DNA of 64,000 bases, taken from an uncultured delta proteobacterium. GTDB taxonomy: Bacteria; Desulfobacterota; Binatia; Binatales; Binataceae. The DNA is taken from NCBI GenBank assembly GCA_963850125.1, contig CAWKKB010000014.1, positions 97,284 through 161,283 of the forward strand, given 5' to 3'. The position numbers and the translations under genes are program-made. Of the stretch, positions 28,005 through 36,630 are shown in pieces. Under the pieces are notes generated by a model. That model was given only the letters and a program-made list of their open reading frames with translations, was not told the DNA's origin and ran no database searches. Positions within the stretch are counted from its first letter, which is position 1, and each line of letters begins with the position of its first letter.

Positions 28005-28250
28005 TCAATCGTCACCGTACTCGATGCCGTTCTTCTCGCACAGCGCGCGCAAGTCCTGGATCATCCGCTCCGCGCGTGCGAGGTGCGCCACCGCGATAAA
28101 GTTCGCCAGGGCGACCAAGGTCAGCGCGGCCGTCGCCCAGTACATATGACTGAGCACGTCACCACCATGAATCACGCCCACGCCCTTTGCGTAGGCGATG
28201 AACAATACGATCAGGCCTGCCAAGGTCAGGCCAATGGTCACCCGGGTCAT
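28005..28250 (-). CDS. Small membrane protein, 81 aa, two hydrophobic helices
   Basis: From Met 28250: MTRVTIGLTLAGLIVLFIAYAKG...MYWATAALTLVALANFIAVAHL. It lies between the NuoI-like gene and thiC with 4- and 48-nt gaps. Confidence 0.5.
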   Translation of the reverse strand: MTRVTIGLTLAGLIVLFIAYAKGVGVIHGGDVLSHMYWATAALTLVALANFIAVAHLARAERMIQDLRALCEKNGIEYGDD

Positions 28251-28254
28251 CTGG

Positions 28255-28962
28255 CTACTTGCCGTTGCGGACAATATGCCGGTCGATAACAGTAAGGTCG
28301 TCGATGTGGTCGGGCGCTTCCGCATAATGCTTGGGCGCTTCGCGATTGGTGTAGTTCTTCATCTCGGGGCGTTGCGGATTGTAAACCGCCGCGTCCTGCT
28401 CGCGGTACCACTCGAGCATCTCGTTCATGTTGCCGTCGCGGCCTTTCTCGGCCAGCACGCGCGAGCGATGCATCAGCAGTTCCTTCTGTTCGACGAAATC
28501 CTTGCGGTCGAAACCCCAGATGCGCGGATGCACGTAGGTGTCCATCCGAATCGCGTCGCATGGGCATGCCTCGACGCACAGCCCGCAATAGATGCATCGC
28601 AGAGTGTCGATCTCGTAGCGCACCGGGAATTTCTCGACGTGCGGATCGGGCGACTCGCCCGCCTCAATATAAATGCACTGCGCGGGACACGCGGTCGCGC
28701 AGAGAAAGCAAGCGGTGCATCGCACGGAGGAATCTTCACGCAGCGTCAGCCGATGACTGCCGCGAAAATTATCAGGATAGTGCTTGCGCTCCTCGGGATA
28801 TTGCGTCGTCGAAGTAGCATTGACGTTCTTCTTCAGGCCGAACAGATGCGCGGTGTGCAGCATCAGGTTGCGCACGAAATGGTAATTCGTGATCGCGAGA
28901 CCTCGCAGGATTTCGGGGATATAAATCCGCTCCCAGAAGGTCATTTGTTCGCTTCGCTGCAT
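28255..28962 (-). CDS. NuoI-like 2x[4Fe-4S] ferredoxin (NADH-quinone oxidoreductase subunit I family) with C-terminal extension; no other nuo genes nearby
   Basis: FWERIYIPEILRGLAITNYHF, YPEERKHYPDNFRGSHRL, CTACFLCATACPAQCI and CIYCGLCVEACPCDAI are NuoI hallmarks. There are about 60 extra C-terminal residues. Confidence 0.8.
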   Translation of the reverse strand: MQRSEQMTFWERIYIPEILRGLAITNYHFVRNLMLHTAHLFGLKKNVNATSTTQYPEERKHYPDNFRGSHRLTLREDSSVRCTACFLCATACPAQCIYIEAGESPDPHVEKFPVRYEIDTLRCIYCGLCVEACPCDAIRMDTYVHPRIWGFDRKDFVEQKELLMHRSRVLAEKGRDGNMNEMLEWYREQDAAVYNPQRPEMKNYTNREAPKHYAEAPDHIDDLTVIDRHIVRNGK

Positions 28963-29094
28963 CTCTAAACCAGCACCAAATCGATTGTCTGAACGGGGTT
29001 TTCTGCATCCGCCGCAGATTCGCCGGACTCCGAAATTAGACTATAAGGAGTCCTCGGAATTGCAGTCAAGTTAGACGTTCTAACGCGCCGCGCA

Positions 29095-29565
29095 TCATTG
29101 CTGCGCGTCAGGCGGCGGCGCAGGTTCTGATGGCTTCAACCAGGTGTGATGGTAATAGCCATTCTTGTCGATCGTTGGCGGCGTCGGAGTCGGATCGACG
29201 ATGCTCCAATGACCGGCATGGACATTGTTGACGATACCTGAATCGTCATCGTCATCGCCTTGACCCTCGTCGACTTCCACCGGGAAGCCTTCGATCTGCG
29301 AAGGTACTTCACGCATCACAGAATCAACGTTCTTAGGATCATCCACCTCGACCAGAATCGCGGCCTCGTTCTGTTGATCGATTTCGCCGGTGACGACGCG
29401 CACGTGTTGGATTTTCATCAGCTCGGCGCGATGCCGCTTGCAAACTTCCTTGGCCTCGAAGAAATCCTGCGCCCTATCCCGAATACTCTGCGCCCTGACG
29501 TTTGGCGAGACGCTCGCCAACAGCGCCATCGCGATCACGGCCGCCCCAATTTTCCCGACTTTCAT
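29095..29565 (-). CDS. Secreted hypothetical protein, 156 aa
   Basis: Signal peptide MKVGKIGAAVIAMALLASVSPNVRAQS, an acidic DDDDD stretch, and a Pro-rich tail. No family recognised. Confidence 0.6.
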   Translation of the reverse strand: MKVGKIGAAVIAMALLASVSPNVRAQSIRDRAQDFFEAKEVCKRHRAELMKIQHVRVVTGEIDQQNEAAILVEVDDPKNVDSVMREVPSQIEGFPVEVDEGQGDDDDDSGIVNNVHAGHWSIVDPTPTPPTIDKNGYYHHTWLKPSEPAPPPDAQQ

Positions 29566-29594
29566 TTCTAAATCTAAAAATCAAAAAATGCGAT

Positions 29595-29640
29595 GCCCCT
29601 TCCCTCGAGGGGCCGAAAAAAGGGGGTAGGGGTTAGGTTC
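29595..29640 (+). repeat. Family B hairpin + GGGGTTAGGTT element
   Basis: gcccctTCCCTCGaggggc, then cgaaaaaagggggtaggggttaggttc. The tail overlaps the stop codon of the amidohydrolase gene. Confidence 0.6.
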
Positions 29641-30784
29641 CCTTCAACCGGGTATAAAGCCTGGTCGGATTCTCCTGCAAAATCTTCCTTGCCACGCTCC
29701 CATCGAACTCCTTGCGTCCCGCGGTCAGACTCACCGTATGCGGGAACCTGCCATCGAAGTGCGGATAGTCCGACGCGTACAGAATATGCTCTGCGCCAAC
29801 GGTTTCCACCACGAACGACAGCGTCTCCTCGTCAGGATCGCACGAGATGAAAAAATTCTCGCTGCGAATCACCTCCGACGGCTTGCGATGCAGAAACGGC
29901 ACGTACTCCGGCATCAGCTCGTAATGCTCGTCGAGCCGCTCCATCCAGAACGGCAGCCATCCCACGCCCGCCTCGAGAAACGCAACCCGCAGTTTCGGGA
30001 AAATGTCGAGCACACCACCGCCGACCAGCGCCGCGATTCCGCGCATTACCTCGAACGGATTGGTCGCTGAATGCTGAATGAAAAGATTGTTGCCCATCTC
30101 GAACGTGCCCATCCCATACGGCGGGCGCGCGGTGCCGCCATGGAAGCACGCGGGCAGATCGGTATCGACGCACGCGTTCCAAATCGGATGGAACGCAGGA
30201 TGGTCGAGTAGCTTGTCCTCCATGTGCGCCGACAGGTAGATGCCGACGCACCACGGCTCATTCGCGACTCGCCGGATTTCCTCGGCCGCCCGCTCAGGCG
30301 CGCGCATCGGCACAATCGCAACGCCCTTCAGCCGCGTCGGATACGCCGCGCAGTAGTCGGCGAGCCATCGATGGTACGCGCGAATCATCGCGACTTCGAA
30401 ATCGACGCTGTCGAGCGCGCAGAAACTCGACACCACCGTCGCAAACAGCACCGCGGTGTCGATTCCCTCGCGCTCCATGTCCTTGATACGCACGTGAGGA
30501 TCGAATCCGCCGCGCATATCGGGCTTCTCGCCATGCGGTTTGCGTCCAGTCCGCATCAGCGGCTTGTCGGGGGCAGCGATACCGAGCGGGCGGCCGGTAT
30601 TCAACTGGTGGAAGTAGCCGAAAAAATACTTCGATGCCCGCGTCGCCGCGATTTTCTTCAGCGCGTCCAGATCAGGCTTGAACTTGCTATCGAGGTATTC
30701 GTCATAGAGCTCGTTCGGCTCCATCACATGCCCGTCGGCGTCGATTACTTTGTTGCCGTTGAACATGATCCACTTATCGCGCAT
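29633..30784 (-). CDS. Amidohydrolase-2 family metal-dependent hydrolase/decarboxylase (ACMSD-like TIM barrel)
   Basis: VIDADGHVMEP, GIDTAVLF, HGG, YASDYPHFDG are typical Amidohydro_2 motifs. Start is ATG 30784 (MRDKWIM) or 30766 (MFNGNK). Confidence 0.85.
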   Translation of the reverse strand: MRDKWIMFNGNKVIDADGHVMEPNELYDEYLDSKFKPDLDALKKIAATRASKYFFGYFHQLNTGRPLGIAAPDKPLMRTGRKPHGEKPDMRGGFDPHVRIKDMEREGIDTAVLFATVVSSFCALDSVDFEVAMIRAYHRWLADYCAAYPTRLKGVAIVPMRAPERAAEEIRRVANEPWCVGIYLSAHMEDKLLDHPAFHPIWNACVDTDLPACFHGGTARPPYGMGTFEMGNNLFIQHSATNPFEVMRGIAALVGGGVLDIFPKLRVAFLEAGVGWLPFWMERLDEHYELMPEYVPFLHRKPSEVIRSENFFISCDPDEETLSFVVETVGAEHILYASDYPHFDGRFPHTVSLTAGRKEFDGSVARKILQENPTRLYTRLKGT

Positions 30785-30895
30785 CGCACGCGTCAAACTC
30801 AAGCCAGCCGGTTTTCGCTTACGATTCGGGTCAGCCCATATAGCACCCCGCAATCGCGCGGCTATAAAATGTGCGGTCGGAGAGTCGCATCGCGC

Positions 30896-32221
30896 ATGAG
30901 GGAAAGAGAGAAAGAGGCGCTGTATATCGTTCACCGCCTGGTCGATTCCGGCTTTCGCGCCGTTTTCGCCGGCGGATGTGTGCGCGATCGAGTCCGTGGC
31001 GTCGAGCCTAAAGACTACGACATCGCCACTGACGCGCGTCCCGAAGTTGTGCTGCGAATGTTCGACCGCACCGTCGCAGTCGGGGAGAAGTTCGGCGTGA
31101 TCGGCGTAGTGCTAAGCGACGGCAAGCCGATCGAAGTCGCGACCTTTCGCGCCGACGCCGAATACACCGATGGACGCAGGCCCTCGTCGGTGCGCTTCGG
31201 CGCTATCGAGGAAGATGCGATTCGCCGTGACTTCACCATCAACGGGATGTTTTTCGATCCGATCGCCGATCGCCTGATCGATCTGGTCGGCGGAATGCGC
31301 GATCTGCGCGCCGGAATTATCCGCGCGATCGGAAATCCCTACGACCGCTTCGAGGAGGACCATCTGCGCATCCTGCGCGCCGCCCGCTTTGCCGCGCGGA
31401 TGAATTTTACGATCGATCCCGCGACCTGGACCGCGATCAAAATAGCGGCGCCGAAAATTGTCGATATTGCGGCCGAGAGAATCGGCGAAGAAATCGTGAT
31501 GATGATGACCGAGGGCGCCGCCGCGCGCGCGATGGACCTGATGATGGACAGCGGCCTGATGCAAATTCTGTTGCCCGAGGTCGTCCGCATGCGCGGGTGC
31601 GAGCAGCCTGAGAATTTTCATCCCGAGGGCGACGTTTATACGCATATGCGGATAGGGGTCGCGATGCTGCCGGCGAACTGCACCGAGACCGTCGCATTCG
31701 GAATCCTGCTGCACGATATCGCCAAACCTCAATGCCGCGCGGTAGTCGGTGATAAGGTCACGTTTTATGGCCATACCGACGACGGCGCCGTGATCGCCGC
31801 GGGTATCATGGCGCGGCTGAAACGCTCGCGCGCGGTGCAGGAGCGGGTCGCGTACCTGGTGAAGAATCATCTGAAGCTCTGCATGGCGCCGCGGATGCGT
31901 CCGTCGACGCTCAAGCGCATGCTCGCGGAGGACGGCTTCCACGAATTGATGGACGTGGCGTTCATGGACGCGATGGCGTCGAGCTCCTACCTCGGCTACT
32001 GGCATTTTTGCCGCCGCGCGATGACGACGATGACACCCGCCGAGATTCGTCCGCCGCGCTTGATTGGCGGCGAGGACCTGAAGCAGTTGGGGTTCACCCC
32101 GGGGCCGCGCTTCAAGGAAATTCTGAAGGACGTCGAGGACCATCAGCTCGACGGCGCGCTCGAAACCCGCGAAGCCGCGCTCGAATACGTGCGCGCCCAT
32201 TACGGCACTAGCGCCGCCTAG
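30896..32221 (+). CDS. cca: CCA-adding tRNA nucleotidyltransferase (PolyA_pol head + HD domain)
   Basis: From ATG 30896: GFRAVFAGGCVRDRVRG..PKDYDIAT, RADAEYTDGRRP, RRDFTINGMFFD, EDHLRILRAARFAAR, and later ILLHDIAKP (HD). Confidence 0.85.
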   Translation: MREREKEALYIVHRLVDSGFRAVFAGGCVRDRVRGVEPKDYDIATDARPEVVLRMFDRTVAVGEKFGVIGVVLSDGKPIEVATFRADAEYTDGRRPSSVRFGAIEEDAIRRDFTINGMFFDPIADRLIDLVGGMRDLRAGIIRAIGNPYDRFEEDHLRILRAARFAARMNFTIDPATWTAIKIAAPKIVDIAAERIGEEIVMMMTEGAAARAMDLMMDSGLMQILLPEVVRMRGCEQPENFHPEGDVYTHMRIGVAMLPANCTETVAFGILLHDIAKPQCRAVVGDKVTFYGHTDDGAVIAAGIMARLKRSRAVQERVAYLVKNHLKLCMAPRMRPSTLKRMLAEDGFHELMDVAFMDAMASSSYLGYWHFCRRAMTTMTPAEIRPPRLIGGEDLKQLGFTPGPRFKEILKDVEDHQLDGALETREAALEYVRAHYGTSAA

Positions 32222-33682
32222 GTGCTGCGCGCCATCGCCATAACCAAGCGCTTCGGCCGCACGCTCGCGCTCGACGGCGTCGATTTCGAGGCGTGTCCGG
32301 GAGAGGTTCACGCGCTGGTCGGCGAGAACGGCGCCGGCAAGACCACTCTGATGAACGTGCTGGCCGGGTCGCTCGCGCCAGACCACGGCGAAGTCCTGCT
32401 CGAGGACCGGCCGCTCGAGGCGAGCTCTCCCCGTGCTGCGCTCGCAGCGGGGATTGCGGCGGTACATCAGAGCCCGATGCTGTTCGAGCGAATGACGTGG
32501 GAAGAAAATCTCGCTCTCGGCGGCTTCGACATCGGCGCTGAATTGCTGGATCTCGCGGCGGTCGCGGAACGGGCGCGTGCGCTCGCCGCGAAACTCGGGT
32601 TCGAGCTGCCGCCGGCCGGGACTACCGTCGAGAATCGTTCGGTAGCCGAGCGCGTCCGGCTCGAAGTGCTGCGCGCGCTCAGCTTCAATCCGCGCGTCCT
32701 GATTCTCGACGAGCCGACCAGCGTGCTCGCGCCGTCGGAGCTGAGCGCGTTCCTCGACTTGCTCCGCAACCTGCGCGGCGAGGGCCGCATCGTCGTGCTG
32801 ATCACGCACAAGCTGGGCGAGGCGATTGCGGTCGCCGATCGAATAACAGTCTTGCGACGCGGCCGCGTGGTCGCGCGCACGACACCAGCCGAGACCAGCG
32901 AGGAAAAGCTCGCGAGGCTGATGATTGGCGAAATCGTGATCCAACCAGACGCCGCCGCGATGCGGCTGCAACCCGGCGAACCTGTAATGCGGATCGAAAA
33001 TCTGTCGCTTATCGATCATACCGGACGCCGCATTCTCGACTGCCTGTCGTTTCGCGTCGCCGCGGGCGAGATTGTGGGCGTTGCCGGCGTCGACGGTAAT
33101 GGACAGACCGAACTGGTCGAATTGCTGGCCGGCGTGCGCAAGCCGAGCGGCGGGAAAATAATTTCAGCCGGTGAGATGGCGGTGATACCGCAGAATCGCG
33201 ACCTCGACGGGTTGATCCTCGACATGCGGCTGTGGGAAAACCTGATCCTCGCGCGTCCGCTCCGGGAGCGGGTGACGTCGCATGGATGGCTGGACACTTC
33301 ACGCGCGACCGATCTGTCGCGCGAGCTAATCGAGCGTTTTCGAATTCGTGCGCGCGGTCCCGAGACTCCTGCCGGCGCGCTTTCGGGCGGGAATCGCCAG
33401 CGGCTCGAGGTGGCGCGCGCGATCGCGTCGCAGCCGCGGACAATCGTCGCACACAATATCTGCCGAGGCCTCGACCTCGCCGCGACTGCGGAAGTGCATC
33501 GCACGATTCTCGACTTCGCGGCGGGCGGTGGCGCTGTGCTGCTCATTTCGAGCGACCTAGACGAGTTGCTCGCGATATGTGGTCGGCTGCTGATTATCAG
33601 CCGCGGCAAGATTCGCGAGACGAATCCGGACGAGCGCGATCCCGAGCGGCTGGGTCTGCTGATGGCCGGGGCGCGCGACTGA
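32222..33682 (+). CDS. ABC transporter ATP-binding protein, duplicated ATPase (BMP/nucleoside-simple sugar type)
   Basis: Walker A GENGAGKTT and a second half with LSGGNRQRLEVARAI. GTG start directly after the cca stop. Confidence 0.9.
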   Translation: MLRAIAITKRFGRTLALDGVDFEACPGEVHALVGENGAGKTTLMNVLAGSLAPDHGEVLLEDRPLEASSPRAALAAGIAAVHQSPMLFERMTWEENLALGGFDIGAELLDLAAVAERARALAAKLGFELPPAGTTVENRSVAERVRLEVLRALSFNPRVLILDEPTSVLAPSELSAFLDLLRNLRGEGRIVVLITHKLGEAIAVADRITVLRRGRVVARTTPAETSEEKLARLMIGEIVIQPDAAAMRLQPGEPVMRIENLSLIDHTGRRILDCLSFRVAAGEIVGVAGVDGNGQTELVELLAGVRKPSGGKIISAGEMAVIPQNRDLDGLILDMRLWENLILARPLRERVTSHGWLDTSRATDLSRELIERFRIRARGPETPAGALSGGNRQRLEVARAIASQPRTIVAHNICRGLDLAATAEVHRTILDFAAGGGAVLLISSDLDELLAICGRLLIISRGKIRETNPDERDPERLGLLMAGARD

Positions 33683-34761
33683 TGCTGTCGTCGATTGCGA
33701 AACCGTTCGCAGCGCTGGCGCTCGCAGCCGCGCTGATCTCGATCGTGCTCGCCGCTCTCGGCGCGTCTCCGTTCGGCGTGTTCGCCGCGCTTGGCGAAGG
33801 CGCATTCGGCAACTGGTACGCATGCGTGGACACGATTGTGAAATCCACGCCGCTGATTTTCACCGGACTTGCGGTGTCGATCGCATTCTCGGGCGCGCTC
33901 TGGAATATCGGCGCCGACGGACAGCTCACGATTGGCGCGATCGCCGCCGGCGCAATCGGGACGCATATCGGTGCTTTTCCGCATTCGATCGCAATCGCGA
34001 TCATTCTCGCGGCGGGCGCGCTTGGCGGCGCGATTTGGGGCGGCCTCGCCGGATGGCTCCGCGCGCGGCGCGACGTCAACGAAGTGATCAGCACTATCAT
34101 GTTGAACTTCGTAGCCGTGCAGGCGCTCAGCTGGATGGTGCATGGTCCGCTGATGGAACCGTCGGGCGCGTATCCGACCAGCTCGCCGATCGCATCCGCA
34201 GCTCAGCTCGAATTCTATTTCGCGCCCAGCCGCCTCAACGTCGGCATGCTGCTGGCAGTTGTGCTGGCCGGCGCGTGTTACATGCTGTTGTTCAACACCA
34301 GCGCCGGTTTCGAGCTGCGCGCGATGGGCCGCAACCGGCGCGCCGCGACTTTTTTCGGCGTCCGAATCCCGGCGCTCACGGTTTGGGTAATGGCGCTGTC
34401 GGGAGCGCTCGCAGGGCTAGGCGGCGCGGTACAGGTGTCCGCGATTTCCCATCGGCTGTACGAGAAGCTCTCGCCCGGCTGGGGCTTCGAGGCGATCGCG
34501 GTCGCATTGGTGGCGCGCCTGAATCCGATCGCAATCGTTCCCGCCGCACTGCTGTTCGGCGCGCTCGACAACGGATCGCAGGCGATGCAGCGGACGCAGG
34601 GAATCTCGCCGGAGCTGGTGCAGGTAATCCAGGCTCTCGTGATTTTGATCATCCTCGCGTTCGACACTCCCGCGTGGGCCGCCCTGCGCGAGAACATTTT
34701 TGGCGCTTCCGGCGATGACGCCGCCGCAGTGCCGCCGGTCGCGGAGATCCCCGATGCTTGA
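33682..34761 (+). CDS. ABC transporter permease (BPD_transp_2 type)
   Basis: ATG 33682 overlaps the ATPase stop (TGATG). Polytopic: TPLIFTGLAVSIAFSGALWNIGADGQL, GFEAIAVALVAR. Confidence 0.85.
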   Translation: MLSSIAKPFAALALAAALISIVLAALGASPFGVFAALGEGAFGNWYACVDTIVKSTPLIFTGLAVSIAFSGALWNIGADGQLTIGAIAAGAIGTHIGAFPHSIAIAIILAAGALGGAIWGGLAGWLRARRDVNEVISTIMLNFVAVQALSWMVHGPLMEPSGAYPTSSPIASAAQLEFYFAPSRLNVGMLLAVVLAGACYMLLFNTSAGFELRAMGRNRRAATFFGVRIPALTVWVMALSGALAGLGGAVQVSAISHRLYEKLSPGWGFEAIAVALVARLNPIAIVPAALLFGALDNGSQAMQRTQGISPELVQVIQALVILIILAFDTPAWAALRENIFGASGDDAAAVPPVAEIPDA

Positions 34762-35665
34762 AGCGTTCCTCGTCTCCGTGATCACGATGGCGACTCCCAT
34801 CCTGCTGGCCGCGCTGGGCGAGTTGCTGGTCGAGGAAAGCGGCGTCGTTAACATCGGGATCGAAGGCGCGATGCTCTCGGGGGCGTTCGCCGCGCTCACC
34901 ATCGCGTTTTTCAGCGGCAGTGATGGCCTCGGGCTGATAGGCGCGATCGCGGCGGGAGTCGCGATCAATGCGATCTTCGCGATCCTGGTCGTGAATCTCG
35001 CCGTCAACCAGGTCGTCACCGGGACCGCGGTCAGCATCCTCGCGCTCGGCTTGACCGGAGTTTTCTATCGCAAGCTGTTCGGCGTGACCGGCAAGGCGTT
35101 CATGGTGGCGCCGATGGCGAAGATCCCGATCGGGCCGCTGGCGCGAATCCCGCTCCTCGGCCCGGTGCTCTTCGATCACAACGCGCTGGTCTATTTCACG
35201 TTCATTCTCGTGCCTGTGCTCTGGTACGTGATCGCGCGCACGCGCTACGGACTTCGGCTCCGCGCTTGCGGCGAGCGTCCTGAAGCCGCGGACGCGCTCG
35301 GACTCGGCGTGATCGCAATCCGATGGCAGGCGCTGCTGATATCCGGCGCGCTGACGGGCCTGGCCGGCGCGTTCCTGACGCTCGCGTACGCCAACACGTT
35401 CGTCGAGAACATCTCGGCTGGCCGCGGCTTCGTCGCGTTGTCGGTCGTGATAGTAGGCCGCTGGAATTCATGGGGCCTGGCGGCCGCATCTCTCCTGTTC
35501 GGAGCCGCGATGGCCCTGCAATTCGGCTTGCAGGCGCTTGGCACCGTGGTGCCGTACCAGCTATTTCTCGCGCTGCCTTATGCGCTGACTCTCGTGGTGC
35601 TGGCAGGATTCGGCGGCCAAGCAGCGGCTCCAAGCGCCTTGGGAGAGCCGTATCGGCGGAATTAG
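34754..35665 (+). CDS. ABC transporter permease (second subunit)
   Basis: ATG 34754 overlaps the preceding stop. ATPILLAALGELLVEESGVVNIGIEGAML and GRGFVALSVVIVGRWN are typical. Confidence 0.85.
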   Translation: MLEAFLVSVITMATPILLAALGELLVEESGVVNIGIEGAMLSGAFAALTIAFFSGSDGLGLIGAIAAGVAINAIFAILVVNLAVNQVVTGTAVSILALGLTGVFYRKLFGVTGKAFMVAPMAKIPIGPLARIPLLGPVLFDHNALVYFTFILVPVLWYVIARTRYGLRLRACGERPEAADALGLGVIAIRWQALLISGALTGLAGAFLTLAYANTFVENISAGRGFVALSVVIVGRWNSWGLAAASLLFGAAMALQFGLQALGTVVPYQLFLALPYALTLVVLAGFGGQAAAPSALGEPYRRN

Positions 35666-35732
35666 AAGGTTACCCTGCCGCTCCTTTCACGGGAGCACTG
35701 CGCGCTTTTCTGAGGGTAGGTCCCGTCATCGT

Positions 35733-35759
35733 GTCATTCAGAGCGCAGCGAAGAATCCC
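35733..35759 (+). repeat. Family C short repeat (GTCATTCAGAGC...GCGAAGAATCCC)
   Basis: gtcattcagagcgcagcgaagaatccc. Related copies lie at 21121-21147, 21024-21050, 60981-61000, and inverted at 48111-48136. Confidence 0.45.
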
Positions 35760-35929
35760 GATCCTTCTTCGCAAACTGCAACAAGTACAATCGATGTAAA
35801 CCGACTATTTCTTGCTCGTCGGTCATCATAACCATTTAATTTGTCAAACTATTTGAGCATATTCGTAATTCGTTCGTAATTGTATCCCTACCCTTACTTC
35901 AGCGTCTAACTAGATAGAGGTACAGAGCA

Positions 35930-36304
35930 ATGAAACGAAAGATCTTAACCGGCTTAGCAGCTCTGTCGCTGCTCTTTTGTGTGGTTTCGACTCAGGGCTG
36001 CTACGACGTAGGTTACCCAGGCGGTGGCTACGGTTACGGCGGTGGATATCCATCTTACGCCTATGGCCCGGCATATGGCTGGGGCCATCCATACTACGGA
36101 GGATGGGCGCATGGATGGGATCATGATGGTGGATGGGGCCATGGTGGTGGATGGGGTCATGACGGACATGAGTTTGCTGGCGGTCACGGTGGATGGGAAC
36201 ATGGCGGGTTTGGCCACGCTGGCGGATTCGGTCATGAGGGGCATGCTGGTGGCGGACATGACGTCGCGCATTCGGGACACGGCGGATCGGCTCACCGCGG
36301 CTGA
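35930..36304 (+). CDS. Exported Gly/His/Trp/Tyr-rich low-complexity protein (possible lipoprotein), 124 aa
   Basis: Signal MKRKILTGLAALSLLFCVVSTQGC, then GYGYGGGYPSYAYGPAYGWGHPYYGGWAHGWDHDGGWGHGGGWGHDGHEFAGGHGGWEHGGFGHAGGFGHEGHAGGGHDVAHSGHGGSAHRG. Roughly 15 His by my count. Preceded by about 130 bp of AT-rich DNA. Confidence 0.65.
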   Translation: MKRKILTGLAALSLLFCVVSTQGCYDVGYPGGGYGYGGGYPSYAYGPAYGWGHPYYGGWAHGWDHDGGWGHGGGWGHDGHEFAGGHGGWEHGGFGHAGGFGHEGHAGGGHDVAHSGHGGSAHRG

Positions 36305-36396
36305 CCCAAGCGGGCATCGAATTTCACCTGCACAATCGTGTAGTGTGACTTTCGATGTCCAGGCCTCAGCTCTCACTTAGAGACTCCTCATTTCCG

Positions 36397-36630
36397 ATGG
36401 CGGACTGCTCGCCATGCGGCAAATCGGTGCTGACGTACGTCGCCCTCGACGACGACGGCGCCGAACGCCGGATCTGCTTGCATTGCGATACGCCGATCGC
36501 CGAAAATCTCAAATGGGTCTCGCCCGGCGAGCTCGAGCAGGCGGGCTATTATTTTGGCCCGCCGCCCGCCGCCGGCGAGAAGGGCGGATGCAGCACCGGC
36601 TGCGGCAGTTGCAGCGTCAAGAAGAACTGA
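36397..36630 (+). CDS. Small zinc-ribbon protein with Cys/Gly tail, 77 aa
   Basis: MADCSPCGKSVLTYV...RICLHCDTPI (CxxC...CxxC), ending GGCSTGCGSCSVKKN. Its 3' end overlaps the convergent trmL by 14 nt. Confidence 0.55.
   Translation: MADCSPCGKSVLTYVALDDDGAERRICLHCDTPIAENLKWVSPGELEQAGYYFGPPPAAGEKGGCSTGCGSCSVKKN

Noticed and set aside
27957-29094. TPP (THI-box) riboswitch upstream of thiC or of the NuoI-like gene.
   Set aside because: The 48-nt thiC leader is too short. The 130-nt leader has only a loose ACCCCGTTCAGAC...TTGGTGCTGG resemblance and lacks the CUGAGA and ACCUGAUCUGG/CCAGCG cores. It needs cmsearch to settle.
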